A stretch of DNA of 64,000 bases, from the NCBI RefSeq assembly GCF_000332335.1, contig NZ_KB235948.1:2740513-2804512 (forward strand), read 5' to 3'. Below are positions 1 to 9,091 of this stretch, one piece after another. Under the pieces are notes generated by a model that did no database searches, was not told the origin of the DNA, and saw nothing but the letters and a program-made list of their open reading frames with translations. This DNA comes from Oscillatoria sp. PCC 10802 (GTDB taxonomy: Bacteria > Cyanobacteriota > Cyanobacteriia > Cyanobacteriales > Oscillatoriaceae). Position 1 is the stretch's first letter. The number at the start of each line of letters is the position of its first letter. A program made the translations under genes and the position numbers.

Positions 1-4
1 GCTG

Positions 5-45
5 AATCCCGGAAACGGGATTGAAACGATTTTTTTTCTCTGCCC
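5..45 (+). terminator. GNRA-loop hairpin (AATCCCGG-AAAC-GGGATT) followed by GAAACGA and a T8 tract. Possible rho-independent terminator of a gene upstream of the window, and copy 1 of a conserved 24-nt motif.
   Basis: Stem-loop plus U-tract read directly in sequence. The same 24-mer recurs at 27363..27386. Confidence 0.3.
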
Positions 46-228
46 CGCTCCCGAAGAACCCCTCTTCCCCCGCCACAACATTTTTGCTTGAGTGAGATTG
101 TGCCGTGCTCTGCTCTCGCACGCACCCTTTGCCAATCTGCAGGTACTGTAACATAGAGTGCGACAGTTTTTGTTTGCCGGTGCTAGCTTAAAGATATAGC
201 GAACTTCTTTGCACTTATTCAAACTTCG

Positions 229-1281
229 ATGCACAAAGTTGTGGTGGGCCTCTCCGGTGGGGTCGATAGTTCAGTGGCGGCTGCAACCCTCCACCACCAG
301 GGATATGAAGTGGTGGGACTGACTCTTTGGCTGATGAAGGGCAAAGGGCAGTGCTGCTCGGAGGGGATGGTTGACGCTGCCTACATCTGCGAACAGTTAG
401 GCATCCCCCATCACGTCGTCGATATCCGAGAGGTCTTCCAAACCCATATCGTCGATTACTTGGTTGCCGGGTACAGTGCCGGTGTGACGCCCCTGCCCTG
501 CTCGCAGTGCAACAAAACGGTAAAATTTGGCCCGATGCTGCAGTATGCTTCGGAAAAGCTGGGCGCAGACAGAGTTGCCACCGGCCACTACGCCCGCGTC
601 AAATTTGACCCAGCCAGCGGGCGCTACCAGCTCAGCCGCGCCCTTGACCGCAACAAAGACCAGTCCTACTTCCTGTACGACTTGACCCAGGACTTGCTGG
701 CAGGGTGCGTCTTCCCCCTCGGCGAACTTTGCAAGACCGAAACCCGCCGGCTCGCCGCTGAGTTCGGGCTCAAGACTGCTGACAAGCCAGAAAGTCAAGA
801 CCTGTGCTTGGTGGAAGCCAGCGGCTCCATGCGGGCGTTTCTGGACAAATACCTGGCCCCGGCAAAAGGCGACATTGTGGACTCGGACGGGCGAGTCCTC
901 GGACAGCACGACGGCATCCACCACTACACGATTGGCCAGCGCAAAGGGCTGGGCGTCGCCGCTAGCGAGCCGCTGTATGTGATTGGGCTGGACGCCGCGC
1001 GCAACCGGGTGATTGTCGGCAATCGCGCCAGCGCCCACCAGTCCGAGTGCGGCGTCCACCGGCTCAATTGGGTGTCCATCCCAGACGCTTCCGCCCCCAT
1101 CCGGGCCCAAGTCCAAGTCCGCTACCGCACCCCCGCCGTGCCCGCCACCGTCATTCCCCTGGAAGGTGCCGGTGCTCGCATCGTCTTCGACGAGCCCCAG
1201 TTCGGGATGACCCCCGGTCAAGCCGCCGTTTGGTACGACGGCGAGGTCCTGCTTGGCGGCGGCATTATAACACAAGCCTGA
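229..1281 (+). CDS. mnmA: tRNA-specific 2-thiouridylase MnmA
   Basis: N-terminal PP-loop SGGVDSS and catalytic Cys motifs. The 350-aa length is typical for MnmA/TrmU. Confidence 0.9.
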   Translation: MHKVVVGLSGGVDSSVAAATLHHQGYEVVGLTLWLMKGKGQCCSEGMVDAAYICEQLGIPHHVVDIREVFQTHIVDYLVAGYSAGVTPLPCSQCNKTVKFGPMLQYASEKLGADRVATGHYARVKFDPASGRYQLSRALDRNKDQSYFLYDLTQDLLAGCVFPLGELCKTETRRLAAEFGLKTADKPESQDLCLVEASGSMRAFLDKYLAPAKGDIVDSDGRVLGQHDGIHHYTIGQRKGLGVAASEPLYVIGLDAARNRVIVGNRASAHQSECGVHRLNWVSIPDASAPIRAQVQVRYRTPAVPATVIPLEGAGARIVFDEPQFGMTPGQAAVWYDGEVLLGGGIITQA

Positions 1282-1321
1282 TTAAACGTCAAGGGCGGCG
1301 CGCGACAGCGCGATTTGATTT

Positions 1322-1428
1322 TATAGCAGTAGCCAGTTAGGTTAGGACGTAGGACAGGCGTCTCGCCTGTCCCTGTCCTTACTAAAAAGTGAGATGCCCT
1401 GTCCTAAACTGACTGTGTGCTGCTGTAT
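1322..1428. mobile_element. MITE-like element, family R3. Terminal inverted repeats (TIRs) TATAGCAGTAGCCAGTTAGGTTAGGAC ... GTCCTAA..CTGCTGTATA. Copy A.
   Basis: About 25-bp terminal inverted repeats. Related copies at 19119..19288 and 30300..30435. Confidence 0.6.
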
Positions 1429-1440
1429 CGACAAGGGACA

Positions 1441-1476
1441 GGAACCGGGGTTCCAGAAAAGAAACCCGGTTTCTTT
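1441..1476. repeat. GGAACCGGGGTTCC palindrome followed by an AGAAACCCGGTTTCT-type palindrome (family R7).
   Basis: Perfect palindromes read directly. The R7 palindrome recurs at least 8 times in the window. Confidence 0.6.
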
Positions 1477-1574
1477 GGCGCTGCTGTCGCGAACGCCCCC
1501 AAGAGCAGTAGGATAAAAGATCGGGAAAATCGCAAAATTATAACCAGTCGCAGTCAACGCAAAGAGGGATTGCT

Positions 1575-2756
1575 TTGAGCTACCATCCAGACGGTATCGC
1601 GCCTCACGGGGGCCACCTGATCAATCGCACAGCCACAGCGGCTATGCGGCAAGAATTTCTCCAGCAAGCAGACGTTTTACCCCGCGTCGGGCTTGACGAG
1701 CGCAGTCTCTCGGATCTGATCCTGATCGCGATTGGCGGGTTCAGTCCGCTCACCGGCTTCATGGGGCAAGCGGACTACGCCTCAGTGGTGACTGACATGC
1801 GGCTAACCAGTGGGCTGCCTTGGTCTATTCCAATCACGCTCTCCGTCAGCGAAGAAGTGGCCCAAAACCTGAAAGAGGGGAGCTGGGTGCGCTTGGATGA
1901 CCCCAATGGCCGGTTTGCCGGCGTCCTGGAGCTGACCCAAAAATATCGCTACAACAAAGCTCACGAGGCGATTAACGTCTACCGCACCGATGATTTCAAG
2001 CACCCCGGTGTGAGGGTCGTGTACGAGCAAGGGCCAGTCAATTTAGCCGGGCCGGTGTGGCTGCTGCAGCGGGACGCCCACCCTCTATTTCCGAAATACC
2101 AGATTGACCCAGCCGAGTCGAGGACGCTGTTCAAGCAGCGGGGGTGGAAAACAATCGTGGGCTTCCAAACCCGCAACCCCATCCACCGCGCCCACGAGTA
2201 CATCCAGAAGTGCGCCCTAGAAGTGGTGGACGGCCTGTTCCTGCACCCGCTGGTGGGCGCGACGAAAGAAGACGACATCGCAGCAGACGTGCGCATGCGC
2301 TGCTACGAAATCATGCTGGATCGCTACTTCCCCAAAGACCGGGTGATCATGGCCATCAACCCGGCGGCCATGCGCTACGCCGGCCCGCGCGAGGCGATTT
2401 TCCACGCTATAGTGCGCAGGAACTACGGCTGCACTCACTTTATCGTCGGGCGCGACCATGCCGGTGTGGGGGACTACTACGGCACCTATGACGCTCAGAA
2501 GATTTTTGATGAGTTTGAGCCAGGAGAGCTGGGCATCGTGCCGATGAAGTTCGAGCACGCCTTCTACTGCAAGGTAACTCAGGGCATGGCCACCACCAAG
2601 ACCAGCCCCAGCACCCCCGAACAGCGCATTCACCTGTCCGGAACAAAAGTGCGGGAGCTGCTGCGCCGGGGTGAGCTGCCGCCGCCGGAGTTTTCCCGTC
2701 CGGAGGTGGCCCTAGAGCTCGCCAAGGCTATGAACGTGATGACTTATGAAATCTGA
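1575..2756 (+). CDS. sat: sulfate adenylyltransferase (ATP sulfurylase)
   Basis: [11 protein letters not shown] and GRDHAG motifs of ATP sulfurylase. 393 aa. Confidence 0.9.
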   Translation: MSYHPDGIAPHGGHLINRTATAAMRQEFLQQADVLPRVGLDERSLSDLILIAIGGFSPLTGFMGQADYASVVTDMRLTSGLPWSIPITLSVSEEVAQNLKEGSWVRLDDPNGRFAGVLELTQKYRYNKAHEAINVYRTDDFKHPGVRVVYEQGPVNLAGPVWLLQRDAHPLFPKYQIDPAESRTLFKQRGWKTIVGFQTRNPIHRAHEYIQKCALEVVDGLFLHPLVGATKEDDIAADVRMRCYEIMLDRYFPKDRVIMAINPAAMRYAGPREAIFHAIVRRNYGCTHFIVGRDHAGVGDYYGTYDAQKIFDEFEPGELGIVPMKFEHAFYCKVTQGMATTKTSPSTPEQRIHLSGTKVRELLRRGELPPPEFSRPEVALELAKAMNVMTYEI

Positions 2757-2777
2757 AATCAGGGAAAAAGTCTCTTT

Positions 2778-3225
2778 CCGATACATTTTTGCTAACAACC
2801 TTTAACAGTTGCCAACAAATACTGTAGGGGCGGGTTTATCCAAAATGTCTCTGGGAAGTAGCTCCTGACTGAGCCGCTGCGCTATCAGATGCTGGTAAAC
2901 CCGCCCCTACTTTAGCTCTCAACCAAGGCGTATCAACCAATGCCCACAGGTAAATCCCGCGAGCACAACAGCCAAGTTCATGATATTGCCTACTTGCTTT
3001 TAAGAAGAAGTCACTTGAAGCAGCTTGAAGGCCACTCATGCCTGAGTTTCAGGCTTTGTGGCATTTTTTAGAGCAGCCACAAAGCCTTTGCTTCTCAGGT
3101 TCAGATGACTGTCTTGAGCCTTTCAGATCAGCCACCCGCCTTTGGTTTTCAGGTTTGGGTGCCTGTCTTGAGTAAAGTATAGCATAGATTGGAAGATGTT
3201 AGCAAATCACTTGCTGTTGCCAACC
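2778..3225. repeat. About 450-bp dispersed repeat, family R5, copy 1. It carries a nested 87-bp R4 hairpin element at 2824..2910.
   Basis: Collinear with 21628..21996 at roughly 85% identity by eye. Copy 2 lacks the GTAGGGGCGGGTTTAT...ATAAACCCGCCCCTAC insert. Confidence 0.65.
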
Positions 3226-3401
3226 TCTCTCGTTCCGATCCCGCGCCCGGTCAGGCCCGCACTTTGGGGGGCTGCCGGGCGGCGATCTCACAAGGAATCT
3301 CCTACCGAAAATCTATTAGTTTCCGGTAAATTCCGGTCAGCCAAGGCAGGATGCAAAGTCAGTCCCAGCAATGGGACTCCGTTGGGGAGAGCCCACAGAT
3401 T

Positions 3402-5666
3402 ATGAAGCGGCGGGAATTTTTGCAACGAACTGGCTGGGCGCTGGCAGCCCTGGGAATGACTGAGGCGGGCCTGTCCCGCTTGACCGATCGCTATTACCGA
3501 GCCCTGGCACAACCGAGCGCGCGCAAGTTGGCCCTGCTCGTGGGCATTAATCAATACGGCACCGGCAGCCCCCTCAGCGGCTGCCTCACGGATGTGGAGC
3601 TGCAGCGGCAACTTTTGATTCACCGGTTTGGCTTCAAGCCGGCTGATATCCTGACGCTGACCGACAGCCAAGCCACTCGCAAAAATATTCAGGACGCCCT
3701 CACCAGCCACCTGCGTGAGGCGGGTGCCGGGGATGTCGCTGTCTTCCACTTCAGCGGCTACGGTCGCGCCCTCAACTCGCCCCACTCCTCAGGGGCGGCT
3801 GGGGCGAGGCAAAATACCTTGGTGCCCGCAGATGGCGGGCTCGCCCCAGACGCGAACACCGCCAGCGACCTGCCGGAAGAAACCCTGCTGCTGCTGCTGC
3901 GCGAGCTGCCAGCAGAGCGGGTGCTGGCTGTCCTCGACACCAGCTACACCTATACCGGCACCAATTTGCTGGGCAATCTGCGGATTCGCTCTCGCCCCAG
4001 CCCGCCGGCGGTGGCCCTCGCCCCAGAGGAACTGGCTTGGCAAGAGCAGCTGCGGCGTCAAACCCCCGACCGGCGCAGCGGTGAGATGCCCGTCGCTATC
4101 TTTAGCGCAGCCCGGCCAAACCAGCAAGCCGCAGAAATGCAGTGGAATGGCTTCAGCTGCGGTCTGCTCACCTACGCCCTCACCCAAAACCTTTGGTCGG
4201 CCACACCGGCAGCAACCCTGCTTTTCACCCTCCAGCAGGCGGCTTGCTCCATTGAGCAAATGGCCGGTTTTGAGCAGCCGCCGCAGTTTATGGCGGAAGG
4301 CGGAACGCAGAACGCAGAATTCATTCCTGTGTCCTCCTTGCTATTTGACGCTTCTGATGTTGGGGCGGATGGCGCAGTGACTGCTGTGGGCGAGGACGGC
4401 AAAACCGCACAGCTGTGGCTGGGGGGACTCCCCGCCCAGGTGCTCGATTCCTACGGGGTGAATTCCCTGCTCAGCCCGGTTCAGGAGGCCGGCACTGCCG
4501 GTGCGCCGGCTCTCTCGCTCAGCGACACAAATCCCTCCGCGATCCTCCAGATTCGCTCCCGCACCGGATTGGCGGCGCAGGCGCAATTTTTGGGTGCCGG
4601 CAGCGCCACAAAGCCCCTGCAGGTGGGACAGTTGCTTCAGGAAGCTGTCCGGGTTTTGCCTCGCAATACCGGCCTGACCGTGGCCCTCGACACCAGCTTG
4701 GAGAGAATTGAGCGCGTGGACGCGACCAGCGCCTTTGCCAGCATTCCCTACGTCTCGCCGGTGGTGGGGGGCGATCAGCCGGCTGACTGTCTTTTCGGTC
4801 GCGCCCGGGAGATGCTGCTCGCCCAGACGCCCTCGGCTGCTCTGCCATCCCTCTCGCCGGCTAGCTACGGCTTGTTTTCTCTCGGTCAAGATTTAATCCC
4901 CAATACGGTTGGGGAGGGCGGAGAGGCGGTGCGCAGTGCCGTGCGCCGGCTCCTCCCGCAACTGCAAACCCTTCTGGCAGCTAAGCTGTGGCGCTTGACC
5001 GGCAATGAGGGCTCGTCGCGTCTGGGAGTGCGAGCCACTCTGGTGATGGTGGAGGGAAGCAAAGAGCGCGTGCTGGTAGAACGCGCCACTCTCCGGGGCA
5101 CAGGCGAGGGCGCGGTTGCCGCACCGGCAGAGCAAACAGACTCTCCGGTTGGGCTCCTGACTGTACCCGCCGGCAGCCGCATCCAATACCGGCTGCGCAA
5201 CGAGAGCAACCGCCCTATCTATTTTGTCCTTCTGGGCACAGACAGCAGGGGTCGGGCTCACGCCGGCTCTGGATCGGAAGCCATTGACCGGAAAGATGTA
5301 GCCCAAAACCTTCCGAGAAGCGAACAGAGTGCGATTTTACCCGGTGAAACGGTGATGATTCCCGCAGCAGCTTCTGCCTCGGCTTGGGTGATTGGCAGCA
5401 CTGCTGGACTTGCGCAAACCCAACTGATCTGCAGCGCCGCCCCCCTCACCCGAACATGGGCGTCTCTGGCTGCCGCAATGCCCCAACGGGGTGACTACCG
5501 GTCTGTTAGTGTGCTGTCCAATCCTTTGCCGGTGGCGCAAGCTCTCCTGCAAGATTTGCACCAAGCCAGCTCGGGCGGCTCCCTCCAGGCTGCTATGCCG
5601 GCAGATGTCTACGCTCTCGATGCCAGCACTTGGGCAACTCTCAGTTTTATCTATCGGGTGGTGTGA
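3402..5666 (+). CDS. Tat-signal caspase-domain (peptidase C14, orthocaspase-like) protein with a long C-terminal region.
   Basis: KRREFLQ twin-arginine signal. Caspase His/Cys dyad region HFSGYG...D(A/T)SY. The ORF-track start at 3351 is probably 51 nt too long. Confidence 0.7.
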   Translation: MKRREFLQRTGWALAALGMTEAGLSRLTDRYYRALAQPSARKLALLVGINQYGTGSPLSGCLTDVELQRQLLIHRFGFKPADILTLTDSQATRKNIQDALTSHLREAGAGDVAVFHFSGYGRALNSPHSSGAAGARQNTLVPADGGLAPDANTASDLPEETLLLLLRELPAERVLAVLDTSYTYTGTNLLGNLRIRSRPSPPAVALAPEELAWQEQLRRQTPDRRSGEMPVAIFSAARPNQQAAEMQWNGFSCGLLTYALTQNLWSATPAATLLFTLQQAACSIEQMAGFEQPPQFMAEGGTQNAEFIPVSSLLFDASDVGADGAVTAVGEDGKTAQLWLGGLPAQVLDSYGVNSLLSPVQEAGTAGAPALSLSDTNPSAILQIRSRTGLAAQAQFLGAGSATKPLQVGQLLQEAVRVLPRNTGLTVALDTSLERIERVDATSAFASIPYVSPVVGGDQPADCLFGRAREMLLAQTPSAALPSLSPASYGLFSLGQDLIPNTVGEGGEAVRSAVRRLLPQLQTLLAAKLWRLTGNEGSSRLGVRATLVMVEGSKERVLVERATLRGTGEGAVAAPAEQTDSPVGLLTVPAGSRIQYRLRNESNRPIYFVLLGTDSRGRAHAGSGSEAIDRKDVAQNLPRSEQSAILPGETVMIPAAASASAWVIGSTAGLAQTQLICSAAPLTRTWASLAAAMPQRGDYRSVSVLSNPLPVAQALLQDLHQASSGGSLQAAMPADVYALDASTWATLSFIYRVV

Positions 5667-5877
5667 GAAGTTATGAAATTTTAATTGTTAGAGCGCTCCG
5701 GTTTTGATCTGTGATTTCTTTGTTTATAAACCGCCAAGACGCCATAGACGCGCCAGCGGCTTGCCCGTTGGGGAGAGCGCCAAGGAAGAGGATCGCTAGA
5801 ATTTCACAAATCAGTTAGGCCGGCTATAGAATTTTGAAGAAATTGAGAATGCCCACTTAAGAAGTGAGAGTTTTTCG

Positions 5878-6720
5878 ATGAGTTCGCAATGGGATAACTT
5901 TTTGCAAAATCTTGGGGAGTGGCGGGGCTCTTTCACCAAAATCTCACCGGCAGGTGAGGTTTTGGGGAACTCTCCCACGATCCTTTCTCTGGAAGGTTTG
6001 GACTCAAACGAGACGGTTCGCCTGACGCTGCGCTATTTCTCGCCGGCAGATGAAAATTACGCCCAACCCCCGGTTAGGGAGCTAGTGCGGGAATACCGCT
6101 CTATCGGACGGGACATGCTGTATTTTGAGACCGGCGCTTTCTCTCAGGGCACGATTCAGCTGGCACCTTTTTCCGAGTTTGGCGGGGAGTTCTGTTTGAT
6201 TGCCGGCAACCGCCGCCTGCGTCTGGTGCAGCTCTTTAACCCCGATGGGGAGTTGGCTTCTTTGACTCTGATTCGGGAAAAGCGAGCGGGATCTGATGCT
6301 GCGGAACGCCCGCCCCTGACTCTCGACGGGCTGCTTGGCGAGTGGCGCGGAGAGGCGATTACTCTCTACCCAGACTGGCGGTCACCTGACACTTATTCGA
6401 CTGTACTGAAATTGCAGGATTTAGGTGCCGGTCGGGTGGCGCAGCAGCTGAGTTTCGGCACCGGCTCTGTCAGCTCGACGGGTCGGGTTGAGGGGAATAT
6501 GATTAAGTTTGAGGACTTGGCTGCTGTGCCGGTGCGCGTGTTGCTGCTCCCGGATGGGGCTTCCGCGACTTGCCCGCAAAAGGTTCAGCTGCGCCAGCCC
6601 CTGTTTCTGGAGTTGGGCTGGCTGATTGAACCCAATCTCCGCCAGCGCCTGATTCGCCGGTATAGCGAAAAAGGGGAATGGGTTAGCCTGACTCTGGTCA
6701 CTGAGCGCAAAGTGGGGTAA
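5878..6720 (+). CDS. Conserved hypothetical protein with two internal LGEWRG-containing repeats. Resembles cyanobacterial/plastid DUF3598-type lipocalin-like proteins.
   Basis: Internal duplication: LGEWRGSF... and LGEWRGEA... The family assignment is from memory only. Confidence 0.45.
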   Translation: MSSQWDNFLQNLGEWRGSFTKISPAGEVLGNSPTILSLEGLDSNETVRLTLRYFSPADENYAQPPVRELVREYRSIGRDMLYFETGAFSQGTIQLAPFSEFGGEFCLIAGNRRLRLVQLFNPDGELASLTLIREKRAGSDAAERPPLTLDGLLGEWRGEAITLYPDWRSPDTYSTVLKLQDLGAGRVAQQLSFGTGSVSSTGRVEGNMIKFEDLAAVPVRVLLLPDGASATCPQKVQLRQPLFLELGWLIEPNLRQRLIRRYSEKGEWVSLTLVTERKVG

Positions 6721-6781
6721 TACTAATTTTGGATTAAAATAGCTATCAGCTATGGGCCAGTGGCGACTGGCCGGCGAGCCC

Positions 6782-7363
6782 TCAGTGAAGGAAGCACCTG
6801 CGTCTCAATGCTTTTTTGAGCAGGGTTTTATATTCTCGGTCGCTCACAATGTAAGATCCAAATCGCTCGAGATGGGGGTTGCTCATTTGGGCGTCGAAGA
6901 AGATAAACTGGCGCTCTCGCAGTCGCTCGACTAATTTCACCATTGCGACTTTCGAGCCTTCGGGAATCCGATAGAACATGGATTCGCCAATGAAGGCTCC
7001 GCCGATGACAATTCCCAGGATACCGCCGGCAAGTTCATTTCCCCGCCAGGTTTCAAAGCTGTGAGCTATGCCGGCGAGGTGCAGCTCCCGATAAATCTCT
7101 TTGAGTTCTGGGGATATCCAGGTCGTTTCCCGGTTGGCGCAGCCTTCCACTACGGCGGGGAAGTCCCGGCTGACCGCAACCGTAAAGCGCTCCTGGTTGA
7201 GGACGCGCTGCAGCGAGCGCGGGTAGCGAAATCGCTCGTCCAGGGGAATCAGCGCTCGCTCCCGGCTGGAATACCAGCCCAATTTGCCGTCAGAGCCATT
7301 GGCCATCAGGAAGTAGCCATGTGCGTACCCCTGGACAATCGCCGGAATGTCAAATTGCAGCAT
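6782..7363 (-). CDS. aat: leucyl/phenylalanyl-tRNA--protein transferase
   Basis: 193 aa. Conserved GGIxG and GESMF motifs typical of L/F-transferase. Confidence 0.85.
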   Translation of the reverse strand: MLQFDIPAIVQGYAHGYFLMANGSDGKLGWYSSRERALIPLDERFRYPRSLQRVLNQERFTVAVSRDFPAVVEGCANRETTWISPELKEIYRELHLAGIAHSFETWRGNELAGGILGIVIGGAFIGESMFYRIPEGSKVAMVKLVERLRERQFIFFDAQMSNPHLERFGSYIVSDREYKTLLKKALRRRCFLH

Positions 7364-7452
7364 CAGACAAATATGGTATTATTTTTACAAAGTTCCAGTA
7401 ACTTTATAGCGTTTCTCATATTACGTGAGGGACTGAGAAACCCGGTGAGCGT

Positions 7453-7668
7453 AGGGGCGGGTCCGAGTGCCACTGGTGTCAACTTAAGCTCCCGGCGATT
7501 GGAAATCGCGGCTACACAAACCAAGTCCGCCTGCGCGGACTTAAGAGAAGAGCTAGAATCTTAAAACCCAAGCCGAAGCGGGTGCAAGTCTGTATAGCTG
7601 CGGTTTCAACCGCCTAGAGACTGCGGGACACAGCTTAAGTTGACACCAATGGTCCCCGTGCCCGCCCC
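7453..7668. mobile_element. MITE-like element, family R1, copy 1. About 37-bp TIRs: GGGGCGGGTCCGAGTGCCACTGGTGTCAACTTAAGCT / AGCTTAAGTTGACACCAATGGTCCCCGTGCCCGCCCC.
   Basis: Perfect-looking TIRs. The internal segment is related to that of 52113..52315 but in inverted orientation. It is inserted inside a GAGAAACCCGG...CCGGGTTTCTGGG palindromic element. Confidence 0.7.
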
Positions 7669-7730
7669 CTTCCGGGTTTCTGGGCAATAGTTCATCGAAC
7701 TGAGAGCCGCTATCTCTATTAAACGCTATT

Positions 7731-8192
7731 TTGAAGCCATTCTGGGGGTCTATGGAAGAATTTGAGAATTGTCCGCTGCTTGAGAGTACCTTAAGCAAAC
7801 TCCTCAATAAAACCGAAAAAAACTGGGGCTATCTACAGATTGAAAAAAAAGAGGAGAATATCTATGTCTTGCGCCTTGCTGGCAGCGACGAAAATATGCT
7901 AACCCTGTATTTTGATGAAAATCATCTTTTTCGTTTGTACTGGTATAGCAGCTCTCAGTCCTCAGTATCTGTAGAGGCTAAAATTAACAGATTTTATAAC
8001 AAAACCACCGGAAAATATAGGACAGAAAAAGTATACAAGGTGGGCTATAAAGAAACCACCCATCCCATCCAGACTGCGATTAATAAAAGGTTCGCTCAAC
8101 TCATCCGAGAGAAAATCACAGATTACTTTCGCTCTCAACTGTCAGAAAAAGACACTCAAAAAATCCCATCTGTTCTATTGGTCGCACTGTAA
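7731..8192 (+). CDS. Hypothetical protein in an AT-rich islet. The alternative start at 7752 (MEEFEN) is more plausible.
   Basis: Long ORF in an AT-rich segment with distinct composition. No recognisable motifs. Confidence 0.4.
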   Translation: MKPFWGSMEEFENCPLLESTLSKLLNKTEKNWGYLQIEKKEENIYVLRLAGSDENMLTLYFDENHLFRLYWYSSSQSSVSVEAKINRFYNKTTGKYRTEKVYKVGYKETTHPIQTAINKRFAQLIREKITDYFRSQLSEKDTQKIPSVLLVAL

Positions 8193-8246
8193 TATCAGTA
8201 AGGCTACCCACAAGAGACACTGCCCTTGAAACAGTAAATTAAGAGG

Positions 8247-8582
8247 ATGATTATGCCTGAAGCCATTCCACCCGTCACACTGCCTCCTGCTGAAAATCCC
8301 CAGCAGGAAGGCCAATGGTTGCAACATGCTTTGCATAACTGGCTCGACCGGGAGTTTATCCCAGAGGCAGTCAACCAGGAGATTGCCCGCCGAGCTGCCC
8401 AAATCTATGTCCGGCACCGGATGGAAGGGGAAAATGATGTTGGCGCTCTCACGATCGCGATAGTCACGGAAATGCAGGCGTTTGACTTTTCTAAAAGTTT
8501 CTATGGCGAGTTTGCCGTTGCCAATGCGGTGAGCGACTTGCTGCTGGAGAGCTTGGGCATAGACCGGTGCTGCGGACAGTAA
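8247..8582 (+). CDS. Hypothetical protein in the same AT-rich islet.
   Basis: ORF with a plausible RBS (AAGAGGA) 7 nt upstream. No recognisable motifs. Confidence 0.4.
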   Translation: MIMPEAIPPVTLPPAENPQQEGQWLQHALHNWLDREFIPEAVNQEIARRAAQIYVRHRMEGENDVGALTIAIVTEMQAFDFSKSFYGEFAVANAVSDLLLESLGIDRCCGQ

Positions 8583-8636
8583 GATTTTAGATTTTAGATT
8601 TTAGATTCCCAATCCAAAATCCAAAATCCAAAATCC
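8583..8636. repeat. Tandem (GATTTTA)x3.5 followed by (AATCCAAA/AAAATCC)x3.5. An inverted heptanucleotide tandem-repeat block (family R6).
   Basis: Read directly. A second AAAATCC array lies at 19998..20030, and an in-frame copy sits inside cobK at about 28960..29020. Confidence 0.7.
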
Positions 8637-8647
8637 TTGCATCCCAA

Positions 8648-8950
8648 CTACCAGCTGGACTTGACAACGCCTGGGAGCAACCCTTTGTGGGCCATTTCGC
8701 GAATGGCGTGGCGGGAAAGGCCAAAGTCCCGATAGTAGCCTCTGGGCCGGCCACTGAGCCAGCAGCGGTTGCGCAGGCGGTGGCGGCTGCTGTTGCGAGG
8801 CAGCTGTTGCAGCTGCCGGTGCAGTTCAATTTTATCGTCCAGCGTTTCGGCTTGGGAGAACTGTTCCTTGAGATCTTCCCGCTTTTGAGCGTACTTCTCC
8901 ACCAGTTTCTGGCGTTTCTTTTCCCGCTCAATCATGCTCTTTTTGGCCAT
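8648..8950 (-). CDS. rpsN: 30S ribosomal protein S14
   Basis: 100 aa. [20 protein letters not shown]... with the C-terminal RG(L/Y)xR...W typical of S14. Confidence 0.9.
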   Translation of the reverse strand: MAKKSMIEREKKRQKLVEKYAQKREDLKEQFSQAETLDDKIELHRQLQQLPRNSSRHRLRNRCWLSGRPRGYYRDFGLSRHAIREMAHKGLLPGVVKSSW

Positions 8951-9091
8951 GAATGACTTTCTCAGCCTCGATTAAAGACACCATTCTCTATGGTATCAGG
9001 TTTGGGGGGGTGATGAACCGCCCCCGTGAAGAGTCGCCAAGGAAGAGGAAGAGAGGGGGCGGGGGGAGCGGGGGTTTGGGCACCGGCACCT

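Noticed and set aside
397-1275. 292-aa ORF antisense to mnmA
   Set aside because: It lies entirely within a well-supported gene on the opposite strand. Its Gly/Ala/Val-rich composition is typical of GC-rich antisense frames.
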